The notes under the pieces: generated by a model
The model's database searches: none
What the model was told of the DNA's origin: nothing
The model's input: the letters and a program-made list of their open reading frames with translations, nothing else
Translations under genes and position numbers: made by a program
Virus record (IMG/VR): IMGVR_UViG_3300012988_000016
Coordinates: 62,001 to 126,000 of that record
Direction: 5' to 3' (one strand)
Length of the DNA stretch: 64,000 nt
In this document: positions 21,080-31,200 of the stretch, in pieces
Layout: each line of letters begins with the position of its first letter
Position numbering within the stretch: position 1 is the stretch's first letter

Positions 21080-22396
21080 ATGAGTGGTGGGCTGGGCGGT
21101 TCGCCGTGGGGTGGTGGCCCTTGGGGCGGAAGTCTATTTGATGTTGGTGCGCCTGTCCCATCCATCATTGATGTGGTGGTGGGAGATAGTCTCACGATCA
21201 ATGACTTGGGGGCGTCGTACAACACTCCGCTGCGAGTAGATAACGCGGTAGCGGTCAACCCATTGGCGGTTAGGGTCATTTTCTCTAACGAGCTAGACCT
21301 TTCGTTCCCAGCTCTACTGAACGTAGCCAACTACACCATCCCAGGACTGACCGTCACAGACGTCTCTATCCTCAATGCTTTTGAAGTGTTGCTCACTACT
21401 GAGCCGTCTCAACTCGATATCGTCTACACGGTTACGGTGGGTGACGCTGTTTCGATCAATGGGGACTCACTGGGGGTAGACGATAGCGCAAACTTTAGAG
21501 GGTATGTACAGACTACTTCATTCATCGCAGGTGCAGAATCTTCCACAAAAGTGGAGTTGATTTTCTCCACAGCTATGACGGTGAATGCCGCCCTTACGAC
21601 CCCCTCTAGCTACACCATTCAGGCTACAGACGGTGGGCATCTGATCCCTGTCATCTCTGCTTTCGTTTCGGGTTCAACACCCTACCAAAGGGTAGTGTTG
21701 GTTTTGGGGGAAGCGTTGCTTTCCAAGCAGTTCTATGCTGTGACGGTTGGCAGCACTGTGTTTAGCCTACTTGGGCTGAATGTCACCCCTCCAACCTATA
21801 TCCTGCAGTGGGCGGATATGACTCAGCCAGTCCTCATCGCCCCTTTGGAGATCCCGATCAAGGATTTCTCAGGAGAGGTTCGTGGGGGATTGCTGGGTCA
21901 GCCGGACGGACAGGTGTTCTTCTCTCCTGCTTTTAGCACGGTTTCTGCCCAGTCGACTATCGAACTAGAGGAACTGTCGGTCTGTACCAAGGCATATGAT
22001 GAATATCTGCTACCTGTTGATCCTGACCCTGAACCTTTGAGGACGTTCTCACCCAATGGAGGGACGTCCCTTCTGGGCATTTCTACCGTCCTTTGGGCAC
22101 CAGCCGCTCGATTGGGTCGGGCAGTGATGGTGCTGGGCAGACACGAGACAGATGCTTGCCAGCAGGCGGCCGATGGGCCCTCCTATGCCACCCTGGTAGA
22201 AACAATCAATACCAATCGAGCAGCGTTCCTTAACGATCCCAGGTGGAAGACCTACCCAAATACGTCGGCCTTGGTATTCAGGACAGCTGATAATCAGACC
22301 TCGATAGGTCCAGGCCCTACCACCAACAAGACGTTGGATTGGCCTAAGATTGAGGTTAGGGACGATTTGGCGATAGGGGATACGGTACAAACCTAA
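21080..22396 (+). CDS. virion protein with Ig-like domains
   Basis: 438 aa; N-terminal GGSPWGGGPWGG; two segments like AVAVNPLAVRVIFSNELD...NYTI and AESSTKVELIFSTAM...SYTI. Confidence 0.7.
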   Translation: MSGGLGGSPWGGGPWGGSLFDVGAPVPSIIDVVVGDSLTINDLGASYNTPLRVDNAVAVNPLAVRVIFSNELDLSFPALLNVANYTIPGLTVTDVSILNAFEVLLTTEPSQLDIVYTVTVGDAVSINGDSLGVDDSANFRGYVQTTSFIAGAESSTKVELIFSTAMTVNAALTTPSSYTIQATDGGHLIPVISAFVSGSTPYQRVVLVLGEALLSKQFYAVTVGSTVFSLLGLNVTPPTYILQWADMTQPVLIAPLEIPIKDFSGEVRGGLLGQPDGQVFFSPAFSTVSAQSTIELEELSVCTKAYDEYLLPVDPDPEPLRTFSPNGGTSLLGISTVLWAPAARLGRAVMVLGRHETDACQQAADGPSYATLVETINTNRAAFLNDPRWKTYPNTSALVFRTADNQTSIGPGPTTNKTLDWPKIEVRDDLAIGDTVQT

Positions 22397-22444
22397 GTGA
22401 CTGAGGTTCTCTTTATGCGGTGGCTCTTGTGAAAACGAGAGGAT

Positions 22445-23101
22445 ATGAGCATGAAGATAGCCGAAGAAACCCCAAGGCCTGAGAATCAAGTGTCTTCCGC
22501 TTTTGGCGTATGTCCCGCTGACAGTTTTGGCGAAAAAGGCTATTACATTCGAGGAGATGTATTCTTCGAGATGCGTGACGGAAAGACCGGCGAACTCCAA
22601 ATGGTGATGGAGCTTCGGAATCTGGTTATGCTCGATGCCAGTATCTTGATTGCTCGCTTGATGAAGGACAGCCAAGAGCCTCCACACGGGATCTTTGCCT
22701 TGGCGGTAGGGACTGGGAATGTAGGTTGGAACCCTATGACTCCTCCAGCTCCGAGCAATACCCAGAGAGCTTTGTATTCGGAGATCACCCGTAAAACCTT
22801 CTCAACCACTCAGTTCGTAGACGGTAATGGCGTCCCAGTAGCGTATCCGACCAGAGTTGTGGATTTCACCACGATCTTTACCGAGTCGGAAGCGGTAGGC
22901 CCGCTGGTAGAGATGGGTTTGATTGGCGGCAACGTCAACACGAATCTTTCGATTCGTAACCCCGTCACCCCTCCGAACGGTTCCTATGACCCTACCGTGA
23001 ACCTGAGTAATTACGATACGTTGGTCAACTATTTGACATTTCCAGTTGTCAACAAGCCACCTACATCCACCTTCGCGATTACGTGGCGCTTGAGCTTTTG
23101 A
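22445..23101 (+). CDS. tail-collar/fibre attachment-type protein
   Basis: 218 aa; ALAVGTG...ALYSEITRK...TTIFTESEAVGPLVEMGLIGG...PVVNK...ITWRLSF resembles the fibre-attachment (gpH N-terminus-like) family. Confidence 0.6.
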   Translation: MSMKIAEETPRPENQVSSAFGVCPADSFGEKGYYIRGDVFFEMRDGKTGELQMVMELRNLVMLDASILIARLMKDSQEPPHGIFALAVGTGNVGWNPMTPPAPSNTQRALYSEITRKTFSTTQFVDGNGVPVAYPTRVVDFTTIFTESEAVGPLVEMGLIGGNVNTNLSIRNPVTPPNGSYDPTVNLSNYDTLVNYLTFPVVNKPPTSTFAITWRLSF

Positions 23102-23113
23102 TCCGGAGATAGC

Positions 23114-25732
23114 ATGACCGTCAAGAATTACGGAGCAGCGACGTCAGGTTACTTGGATCCTTCGGGTAGGGGTTGGGAGACTGCGGTCTATCAAGCCAGT
23201 AAGCCTGTCTTGGATAAAGAACTGAATCTGATTCAGGACATCGAGCAGGACGCCTTCTTGCGTCTTTCTCGACGAACTTTCCCTTCTGGTTGGTTGGGGG
23301 ACGACTTTTTGGGCACCTCCGATACGGTTGGTCCGTTTGGGGGAGCTTCCACAACCCCTAATTTGCTTCAACTGAGTTCTTTGAAGGCCTATGTGAACGG
23401 TTGGCTGCTCAATGTGGTCAACACCGGCACATCCTCGAATCTCAATCAGATCGATTTGGGTGCCTCCCCTTCTGGTGCGGGCGCTCAGAGAACCGACTTG
23501 GTGATTCTTGAAGTGTGGCGTCGTCTGATTCCTGCTTCGCCAACCACAACTGGAAAGAGTCCTGCTGGTCGAATCTGGCGAGAAGGCAACGTCAAGATCG
23601 CTTCGGCTGATGATTTGACGTTGAACTATGCAGACGACCTGTTGGATACCAATGTTGGAGCTGAGACCACCAAGCGAGTTCAGATCCAATACCGTCTTCG
23701 AGCCATTCAAGGCGTAGACCTGTTTACCTATTCGTACGGGATCGACGATCCTTCTGTAGTGGCCCGTTCGGTTCCTGCAAGTGCTGCCGCTCCTGACGGA
23801 AGCTCTACCGTCTACACCTACGGCAACCAATCTTCTGCTGGAGACCCTGGCTTGTGGCGTGCTGGCAACGGAGACCCCAACAACACCTTGGGGACGGTTG
23901 ATGGGTACATGTACGCCCTACCGCTGACTGCAGTGCTTCGACGCAATACAGCAGCATTTGCCCGCAACACGAATCAGAACGGTGGGGTAGCGTTGGCAGC
24001 CGTCAACTCGACTCGGCCCGACGGGTTGTTCTACGACATCATCAATGTCAGAGATTTGCTGGACTTGCGTCGTGGCACCTCTCCCACAGGTTGGGACTTA
24101 AGTGAGGTGCTTCAGAAAAATCTGAATCTCCTGTTGGACAACCAAAACGTAACCGAGATCGGAACATTGACTATTGGGGGTGGATCGACTGGGCACACCA
24201 TCATGCAAGCCGATGAGATCGGTGTTTCGAATGCAAACGGTGGGGACGGTGTGATCACCGGAGATACTCCTGGGGCCGACTTTATTGGGGAGTTCGATTC
24301 AGTTCGAAGAAGCTTCTCTGATAAGAGTGTGTTTGAGACGATGGTTCTTCGTTACACGCCTTCTGGAGCCAGTTGGGCGAGTGGCGAGACTTTCACTATC
24401 AGTCCCTCCAACTTGCCGATTTGGCCGTATGCCAACACCAATTGGGCCGCACATGCTCCTTCGAACATTACGTTCGTCGATATCACTCGTGTGATGTTCT
24501 TGGGTGAGGCGGGGGGCACTAATTCAACTGACATCACTACTGTGACTGATGGTTGGTCCGCCACAGGAGTGGGAAGCGCTCCTCAAGGGAACGTCACTAT
24601 CAGGATAGGAGCTGCGGGTGCTACCGCTGGAGGTTCTTCTCCAATCTACATTTGGGTGGTGGTGGAATACCCTCCTGGGGTGGGGTTGACCAAGACTCCT
24701 ACCAACATCTTGCCCGACAATGCGACCGTACCCACCAAATCAGGTGTGTTCATCAATAATGCTGGACAATTGCCGGCCAGCAGTCCTATCTACTTCAATA
24801 GTCTGAACGCTCCGGTTTTCGCCAAGGCAAATCGTGAAATATCTCTCACGTACGGCACTGTGCAGCATTCTCGAACTTTCCGAACCACTGTGGCGACCAC
24901 CAAACTCTGGCTTCCAGAGAAGGTGGATTCAACTCAAACCTACACGGTGACAATCAATAGTGTGGTTTACGGCGGATCGAAATCGGTCACCGATAATGGC
25001 TACTCCATCACCATCAGTTCTGGGGCTGTTACGGGTGGGGAGACGATTGTGATCGACTACAAGTCGAATCGACCGTTGCCTCAGAACGGGGAACAGTTGA
25101 CGGTCTACTATGAGGCTAGATTGCCTCAAACTGTTCGAGACGGCCTCTTGGGGACATCGTTGTCGGTCAATCCTAGATTGGTCTCTCAAAGCATGTATTG
25201 TTTGACTGCTGGTTCAGGCACTACAGGGGAGGGGTATCCTTTCCCGTATGCGTACGTTCAATCAGGGGGTGTGTACCCCACGTCTGGTGGAACCTTTGCG
25301 GGTGATCACGAATTAGACGGTGACCTTAGGGTGTCGACCACTGCATTGACGGCCGACACAGGATTCATGCAACTTGCTGTCCAGGTACCCGTCGTGCCGG
25401 CCCCAGATGGGGCGGTCTTCAGCAGATCGGTTGGGGCCAAGGACATAGAGGGTAGAACCTACTTCAATTCAGTAGGCAACTCATACTATCATGTTGGTAT
25501 TGCTCAGACACTTAGCGATCCAAAACGACACAAGAACATGATTCCTATGTTATGTGAATTGACCTCTGATGGGCTGTTTGGGCATAAGGGGCAACTTGTT
25601 TTGATCTTGTTGAGTAGATGGGCTTCTGACGATTCAAACTCTGTTGGATTCAACCCTAATCTGGCTCAAAATTCTACCTCAGTCAGCGTCTATAGGCTCA
25701 AGGGCAACCTGCTGAGCAACAGGAGAAGCTAA
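23114..25732 (+). CDS. tail fibre/baseplate-anchored protein, paralog A
   Basis: 872 aa; N-terminus (NYG...YQASKPVLDKELNLIQ; ETTKRVQIQYRLR; DPGLWRAG; LGTVDGY; RPDGLF) is homologous to 28234..32280. Confidence 0.7.
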   Translation: MTVKNYGAATSGYLDPSGRGWETAVYQASKPVLDKELNLIQDIEQDAFLRLSRRTFPSGWLGDDFLGTSDTVGPFGGASTTPNLLQLSSLKAYVNGWLLNVVNTGTSSNLNQIDLGASPSGAGAQRTDLVILEVWRRLIPASPTTTGKSPAGRIWREGNVKIASADDLTLNYADDLLDTNVGAETTKRVQIQYRLRAIQGVDLFTYSYGIDDPSVVARSVPASAAAPDGSSTVYTYGNQSSAGDPGLWRAGNGDPNNTLGTVDGYMYALPLTAVLRRNTAAFARNTNQNGGVALAAVNSTRPDGLFYDIINVRDLLDLRRGTSPTGWDLSEVLQKNLNLLLDNQNVTEIGTLTIGGGSTGHTIMQADEIGVSNANGGDGVITGDTPGADFIGEFDSVRRSFSDKSVFETMVLRYTPSGASWASGETFTISPSNLPIWPYANTNWAAHAPSNITFVDITRVMFLGEAGGTNSTDITTVTDGWSATGVGSAPQGNVTIRIGAAGATAGGSSPIYIWVVVEYPPGVGLTKTPTNILPDNATVPTKSGVFINNAGQLPASSPIYFNSLNAPVFAKANREISLTYGTVQHSRTFRTTVATTKLWLPEKVDSTQTYTVTINSVVYGGSKSVTDNGYSITISSGAVTGGETIVIDYKSNRPLPQNGEQLTVYYEARLPQTVRDGLLGTSLSVNPRLVSQSMYCLTAGSGTTGEGYPFPYAYVQSGGVYPTSGGTFAGDHELDGDLRVSTTALTADTGFMQLAVQVPVVPAPDGAVFSRSVGAKDIEGRTYFNSVGNSYYHVGIAQTLSDPKRHKNMIPMLCELTSDGLFGHKGQLVLILLSRWASDDSNSVGFNPNLAQNSTSVSVYRLKGNLLSNRRS
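23843..23909 (+). repeat. two exact DNA blocks (24 nt and 19 nt) shared with 28972-29035
   Basis: GACCCTGGCTTGTGGCGTGCTGGC at 23843-23866 and 28972-28995; GGGACGGTTGATGGGTACA at 23891-23909 and 29017-29035. Confidence 0.9.
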
Positions 25733-27510
25733 TGCCGTCCTCTTCAAATGCCGGTCAAGTTTCGTCGAGTTCAGGCAAACTTCACACTGATGTGGCGACT
25801 GCCGCAGCAGAGCTGTTCAATGCAGCTGCCAGTTCAGGTGGTGGAGTATCGCCAGACTTTCTTACACAAACGTTCGCTGTTCCAGCAGTTTCCGGAACAC
25901 TGACTTCAACTTCTACTCCTCCAGGCTCCAGCTCTGCGTCTCTTTCAGGAACCGTTTGGACTGGCAATTCTCCTAGTGAGAGTTTGGACGATCTGTTTCA
26001 GGTCGTCAATGCAGCAGATGATACTGCAGTGTTCAATAATTCAACCCATCTGTACGTCCGTGTAGCATCGATGGGTAGCGCTTCGGTGGGAGACGGCTTC
26101 GTCAGTGGTACGTTGGTTGTAAATTTCAATACGCCAGTCCCTCCTAACGTACAGTTCAAAATCTTTTACAGCAAGCAAGGGACCTTATCGGCAATCCCTG
26201 CTGAACTAGCCAGCTTCCCAGCTATCCGTAGATCAGCCAACCAGGTGCGTTTTCCTGAGTTTGATCGTACCAGTCTAGCTCCCACCAGTGTGGCGACGCC
26301 CATCGATACGGTCAATAACGCCTACCCTGACCCCTATATGGCTCAATGGAAAGCCATTACACGAGGTACAACAGGCACTATCACACAAGCGTACTCTGGA
26401 ACCAATGGCTTCGTCTATGTGGGACGGAAGAAAAATGTTCCCGACACCAACGATGCGTCATTGTTGGGGCACCAGTCTTCGGCATTCCTTGCCGTGTACG
26501 AGAAGGAAATCAAGTCCTCCATCCTCAACGGTCAGGCGGCGTTGACTAAGATTGATCCTGCCTTGTCGGCAACAGTCAATCCAACGGGAGCTGCAGATGT
26601 GTTGCAGTTGAATGCCTCGGATTACTTTCGTACTGTAGTATCCACTGTCAACAAGACAGCCATTCGATGTGGAATCGACATGGTGGAGCTTACTTTCGCG
26701 AGTGGTCTGAAAGAGGTATTCATCATCTATGGTCTGGATGTGTCGGACCCCAGGAAGGCTAAGTTGGTAACGTTGGGTGGTGCGACAGCTAGCTTCACCA
26801 ACCAACAAGTCAACGTCAAATGGATTAGACCTGCCTTCTTTGTTGGTGGTGACAATGAAGCCACTGCAGGGATCAACAACCTTAGAAACTTCGGCTCTAT
26901 GGTGGCAGGGTCTATCACGAATGACCCTAATGCAGAAATTGAGCAGTCGTCGGCCTTCTTTGGTGCTGGCACAGATGAGTTGGCAAGGGCGCCTAGTCTT
27001 TCCAATCCCTGGAACCTAAAAGCATTGACTTGGGGTGGTTACAATCAATCGGCCCCTACTGTCGGTACATTGGGCTTGCGCAATGTTCATGGAGAGCTTT
27101 GGGGAGACGGCTCGGTACAATCGTTTGGTGGTCGGATCGTCGGCCTACCAAACTTTCGAACCTTAGGGGTGTCGGTCGGCTCAACCACATCGATCAACAT
27201 CGACCCCAGTTACTACAACATGTACGTAGTGACATTCACAGGCAGTCTAACTTGCGTGGTGACTGTCAACATCTCGGGGAGCGTCGTAGGAGGTCTTCCT
27301 TACTCTGCTGTGGATGGGGACACTTTGATGTTCATGGTGGTTTACGGGGGCACCGCAGCGTCGCCAAGTGAGCAAAGCACCATAGTGTGGCCCGCCAGTT
27401 TCAAGTTCAGCGGAAATGATGCATACACTCCGTCGCCCACCAATTCAGTAATCAAGTACCAAGGAACCTACCTCAATGGGTCGTTCTACATGACCCGCAC
27501 TGACTTCTGA
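25732..27510 (+). CDS. putative receptor-binding/tail fibre protein
   Basis: 592 aa; C-terminal domain (INIDPSYYNMYVVTF...TIVWPASFKFSG...TYLNGSFY) resembles phage fibre tip domains. Confidence 0.55.
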   Translation: MPSSSNAGQVSSSSGKLHTDVATAAAELFNAAASSGGGVSPDFLTQTFAVPAVSGTLTSTSTPPGSSSASLSGTVWTGNSPSESLDDLFQVVNAADDTAVFNNSTHLYVRVASMGSASVGDGFVSGTLVVNFNTPVPPNVQFKIFYSKQGTLSAIPAELASFPAIRRSANQVRFPEFDRTSLAPTSVATPIDTVNNAYPDPYMAQWKAITRGTTGTITQAYSGTNGFVYVGRKKNVPDTNDASLLGHQSSAFLAVYEKEIKSSILNGQAALTKIDPALSATVNPTGAADVLQLNASDYFRTVVSTVNKTAIRCGIDMVELTFASGLKEVFIIYGLDVSDPRKAKLVTLGGATASFTNQQVNVKWIRPAFFVGGDNEATAGINNLRNFGSMVAGSITNDPNAEIEQSSAFFGAGTDELARAPSLSNPWNLKALTWGGYNQSAPTVGTLGLRNVHGELWGDGSVQSFGGRIVGLPNFRTLGVSVGSTTSINIDPSYYNMYVVTFTGSLTCVVTVNISGSVVGGLPYSAVDGDTLMFMVVYGGTAASPSEQSTIVWPASFKFSGNDAYTPSPTNSVIKYQGTYLNGSFYMTRTDF

Positions 27511-27525
27511 TTGGGAGAAATTTAG

Positions 27526-28182
27526 ATGGGAACGCTATATCTGATCGATCGACACAATCCTACCGTATCGTCGTCTGTCATAAAAGACACATTCGTTATG
27601 AATGGCGGTACACGCGAAATCAGGGGGACGTTCCCCGTCAACCTTCCGTTTGACGTACCGATTGACGGCACTCCTGCGACAGTTGGGGATTTGATAACTC
27701 AGAAGTATGCTGGGCTTTTGAGTCTATACCCTGGACATTCCCACATCCTTTATGACGAACAGTTGGATGGTTCAGGATGGGACACGACCAAAACCAATAC
27801 TGACTGGTCTACGGGCGGCTACACTGTCGGATCTAGGAAAACGACCAAGATCTCAGAGAATACCAATCTACCTCTACTGACAAATGCCGTCACTTTGGCG
27901 ACAACACCCACGAACTTCATTTTTCGGTACGAGATCTTCAAGTATCTGGATACTGATGGGACACAGTATAGTCGGTTGTATTCCGAGGACCCCCCTACAA
28001 CTAATGGTGGGATTGGGGTGTCGGTTACCGTTACTTTTAACGATAGTGTCTATACGGATGTGGTGAGTGGGGCCGCCACGGCAATTCCCACCCCCTCTCA
28101 GGGCAATACCTTTCGGGCTGGATTTCGAAAGGTGGGGTCTCCAGGCAGTTATTACATAGGTTCTTGGGCACTCATTTACTGA
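27526..28182 (+). CDS. hypothetical tail-region protein (possible fibre accessory/chaperone)
   Basis: 218 aa between fibre-like genes; GGGAG RBS. Confidence 0.65.
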   Translation: MGTLYLIDRHNPTVSSSVIKDTFVMNGGTREIRGTFPVNLPFDVPIDGTPATVGDLITQKYAGLLSLYPGHSHILYDEQLDGSGWDTTKTNTDWSTGGYTVGSRKTTKISENTNLPLLTNAVTLATTPTNFIFRYEIFKYLDTDGTQYSRLYSEDPPTTNGGIGVSVTVTFNDSVYTDVVSGAATAIPTPSQGNTFRAGFRKVGSPGSYYIGSWALIY

Positions 28183-28233
28183 TTAGCTGACCCAATCAGG
28201 AGCCCCCAGTAGCTCAAAAAATGTGGAGAAGTG

Positions 28234-31200
28234 ATGACTGACAACTACGGTCCGAATGTTTCGAGAGTTCTGAGCCCTGTCCAAACCTCCTATAAAACAG
28301 TGGTGTGGCAAGCTGGCCGACCTCCACTGGACAGTGAACTGTCGCTGTCTCAACAGATTGCGGCCGAGTGGGACCGCCTCCATGTTTTGACGGCTACCCC
28401 CTCGGGCTGGATCGATGATGCGATCAATCCTCAGGATTCGTACGTAACCAACGTCAATTACTCGAATTGGTTCCAGTTTGGGGCCCAACAGACTGGCGAG
28501 AAGCAAGCCGTCATGTGGGCGGTCGTCAATGGCTGGATCGTTCCAGTGACGGGCACTCTGACGGGTACCCCTCCAGGTAACCCGAACAATGTGGATACTT
28601 GGAATCGTATCGCCCTTCCGCCACCTCCTGCCAACACAGGTGATGCTAGGATCGACTTCGCTTTCCTCGAAGTTTGGCTTGCTAGAGTGGCCCCCAATCC
28701 TTCAACCACCAACAAACCCGCCGCTTCAGCTGTCTATCGTTACGGTAACGTTGAGGGTGGGGCTAGCTTCATCGCAGATGATATGCAAGACCCTCAAATA
28801 GGGTTTGAGACCACACAACGCATTCAGCTTCAGTACCGTGTCCGTGTGGTGTCTGGATTGGTCGGCCTTACGTCTTACCCAGACGGGTTCGATCCGTCTG
28901 TCGTCAAAGGGCAAGGCGCCGCCTCCACAGCTTCCAGCTACGTCTTCACCAACATGCGAAATGAGTTGGGGGACCCTGGCTTGTGGCGTGCTGGCGATGG
29001 TACCCAGAACGCCCTAGGGACGGTTGATGGGTACACCTACGCCATCCCGCTCTGTGCTGTGTTCCGACGAAACAGCGTCGGTTGGGGTGGGGACCCTAGC
29101 CAGAACCTGAATGGTGCGTTCAACCGCAATCCTACAGCAGTAGACCGCACGGGGTACAAGACTTTCGCCGCCGCCCCCACCATCACGGGCAACATCACCG
29201 CTTCCGCCACCACATTGGTGTTGAGCTCGGTAGCCAGCCTATCGTTACCTCTCACACCAGCTACTCCTGTGGCGATTCAGATTGGGGATGAGATCCTCTA
29301 CTACTCATCCATCACTGGTTCGACGATGAATCTTAGCACTAGAGGTGCTTTTGGCTCTAAGGCTGAACCTCACAAGGCAGGATCGGTCGTTAAGGTGTTG
29401 TCTGGTCGTCCAGACGGCTTGTTTGCGGATCAGGTGGCAAAGACCGATATCTTCGATCTTCGTCACGTCGTCAACCCCAATGGGTTTGACTATCAAGCTC
29501 TGTTGAAGGGCAATCTCGACAAATTGCTTCGAGGTCAACTTCACTCAACTTGGAAACGATCTGGTGGAGGCCCTCAAGGACCTTTCGTAGCGTATCAGGA
29601 TAAAGTGTCAGCCACCCCAGGTGCTTTGGGTGTCACTAAACTTGACGCTCCGGACGGAATTCGACAAATATTTGCCGAGCCGGCGGCATTGCAACCTGTT
29701 GTCATTCCAATCTCTGCCCCACCTTCTACAGGTGCTTCTGTGGCGATTGGCGGTACGTTGGGTGCTGCGTTCAATACTGTGACGGTCAATCACCCAACAG
29801 GTTCTGGGTTTCAGCCGAACGATGTGATCACCATCCCTAAGAGTCTGTTCCTAAATTCATTGCCTGGCAGTGATACAGATCAACTACGATTGATCCCTGA
29901 TCAGTCATTTGTTTCTCTGCGTTTCATGGGCGAGACAACGGATCTCCCGAACGTTCAGTATTCGGTTTCCAACGACGGATCGGGCAATCTCCTGGTCACC
30001 TTCTCAGGCGGATTCGTTGCTAGAAATCTAGGAGCTTTCATCACCTTACACATTCAGTATGGTGCTGGTCGTGGTATGAGTCGAAAGCCTGATGCCATAC
30101 ACAGTGTGGCATACCTCTCAGCTTCACCCAACATTTTGGTGCAGCAACAGGGCTTGCCAGCTGACAATCAACCGCTCCGTACCACCTGGGCAGCCCTTTG
30201 GTCCAAGTATCAGGTGGGGATGTTCAATGGTCATCTGGCCTCTACGTCTGAAGCCTATGTGGACCCAGGTAGCAAGAGCGTGATCTTGACGCCTTTCCGC
30301 CTACATGACTTCTCAGGTCCTGTTTTCCGCAGCATTCAGAAATACGTCAACACCGGTAATCCAACAGACGCTGTCAATGGAGCGATGCCCGCATCGACTC
30401 CTACAGGTGGTGCCAAGTGGGGGACCACTGATCCTCTTTCCGTATTCTCTGGGTATTCAGACCCTATCACTTCTAGGGCCAACATGGTGGTGGTGGTTCC
30501 ACGACGCTTCATGCCTGGATACGGTGAAGTGCGGGTACCCACCTTGTACTCGGACTCTGGCAACTTCGCTGAAGGAATCAACTTCGGATTCAATGCTCCA
30601 AAGGGTTCTGGTTTGGGTAACGGAGTCACCAACTTTGTGCCATTGACGAGTGGTGGAGGCTCGGCAACATATGCCGTTTTCTCAACTCTAAATCTCAACA
30701 CCAATTCGCCTGCAACCTACAATACCTCTTTCACGTTTGGTAATCTGATTGCAGGGCTCCGACAGTTCACTGAAACTCGTGGGTTGAACCGTAAAGGGTT
30801 GGAACTCCCTCCATTTTACGGTATTGCCCGCCTGTTTGCCGTCTACGAGGCTCAAGACTACAAGGCAAACGGCAGCGCCTACAACCCCACCACTCGTGCC
30901 TATGTGGGGACTGGTGCAGTCAACTTGCTTCGTCAGAACTTCTCTGGACCGACCTTTTGGATCGAATCAGATGTGGATGGGGACCCCACCTTCATCCTCA
31001 ACGCAGATGCGATCGACATCACTAAGTCGCCCAACGCCATCGCGTCTTTCAGTGCTGGACACTATGTTGTTGAATCTTCGATCTTCGGGTGTGACCGTGG
31101 GTCTTTCGATTTGACGCAGGATTGTCGTATTGTTTTGAGCCGTACCCGCAATGAAGGTACGACCGCTCAAGTCAACATGCCGACCAACCCAGACTTCATT

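Noticed and set aside
9015-22444. Possible late-promoter motif (CT-rich followed by TAT/TAAT) in structural-region gaps
   Set aside because: Too few and too degenerate examples to define a consensus by eye.
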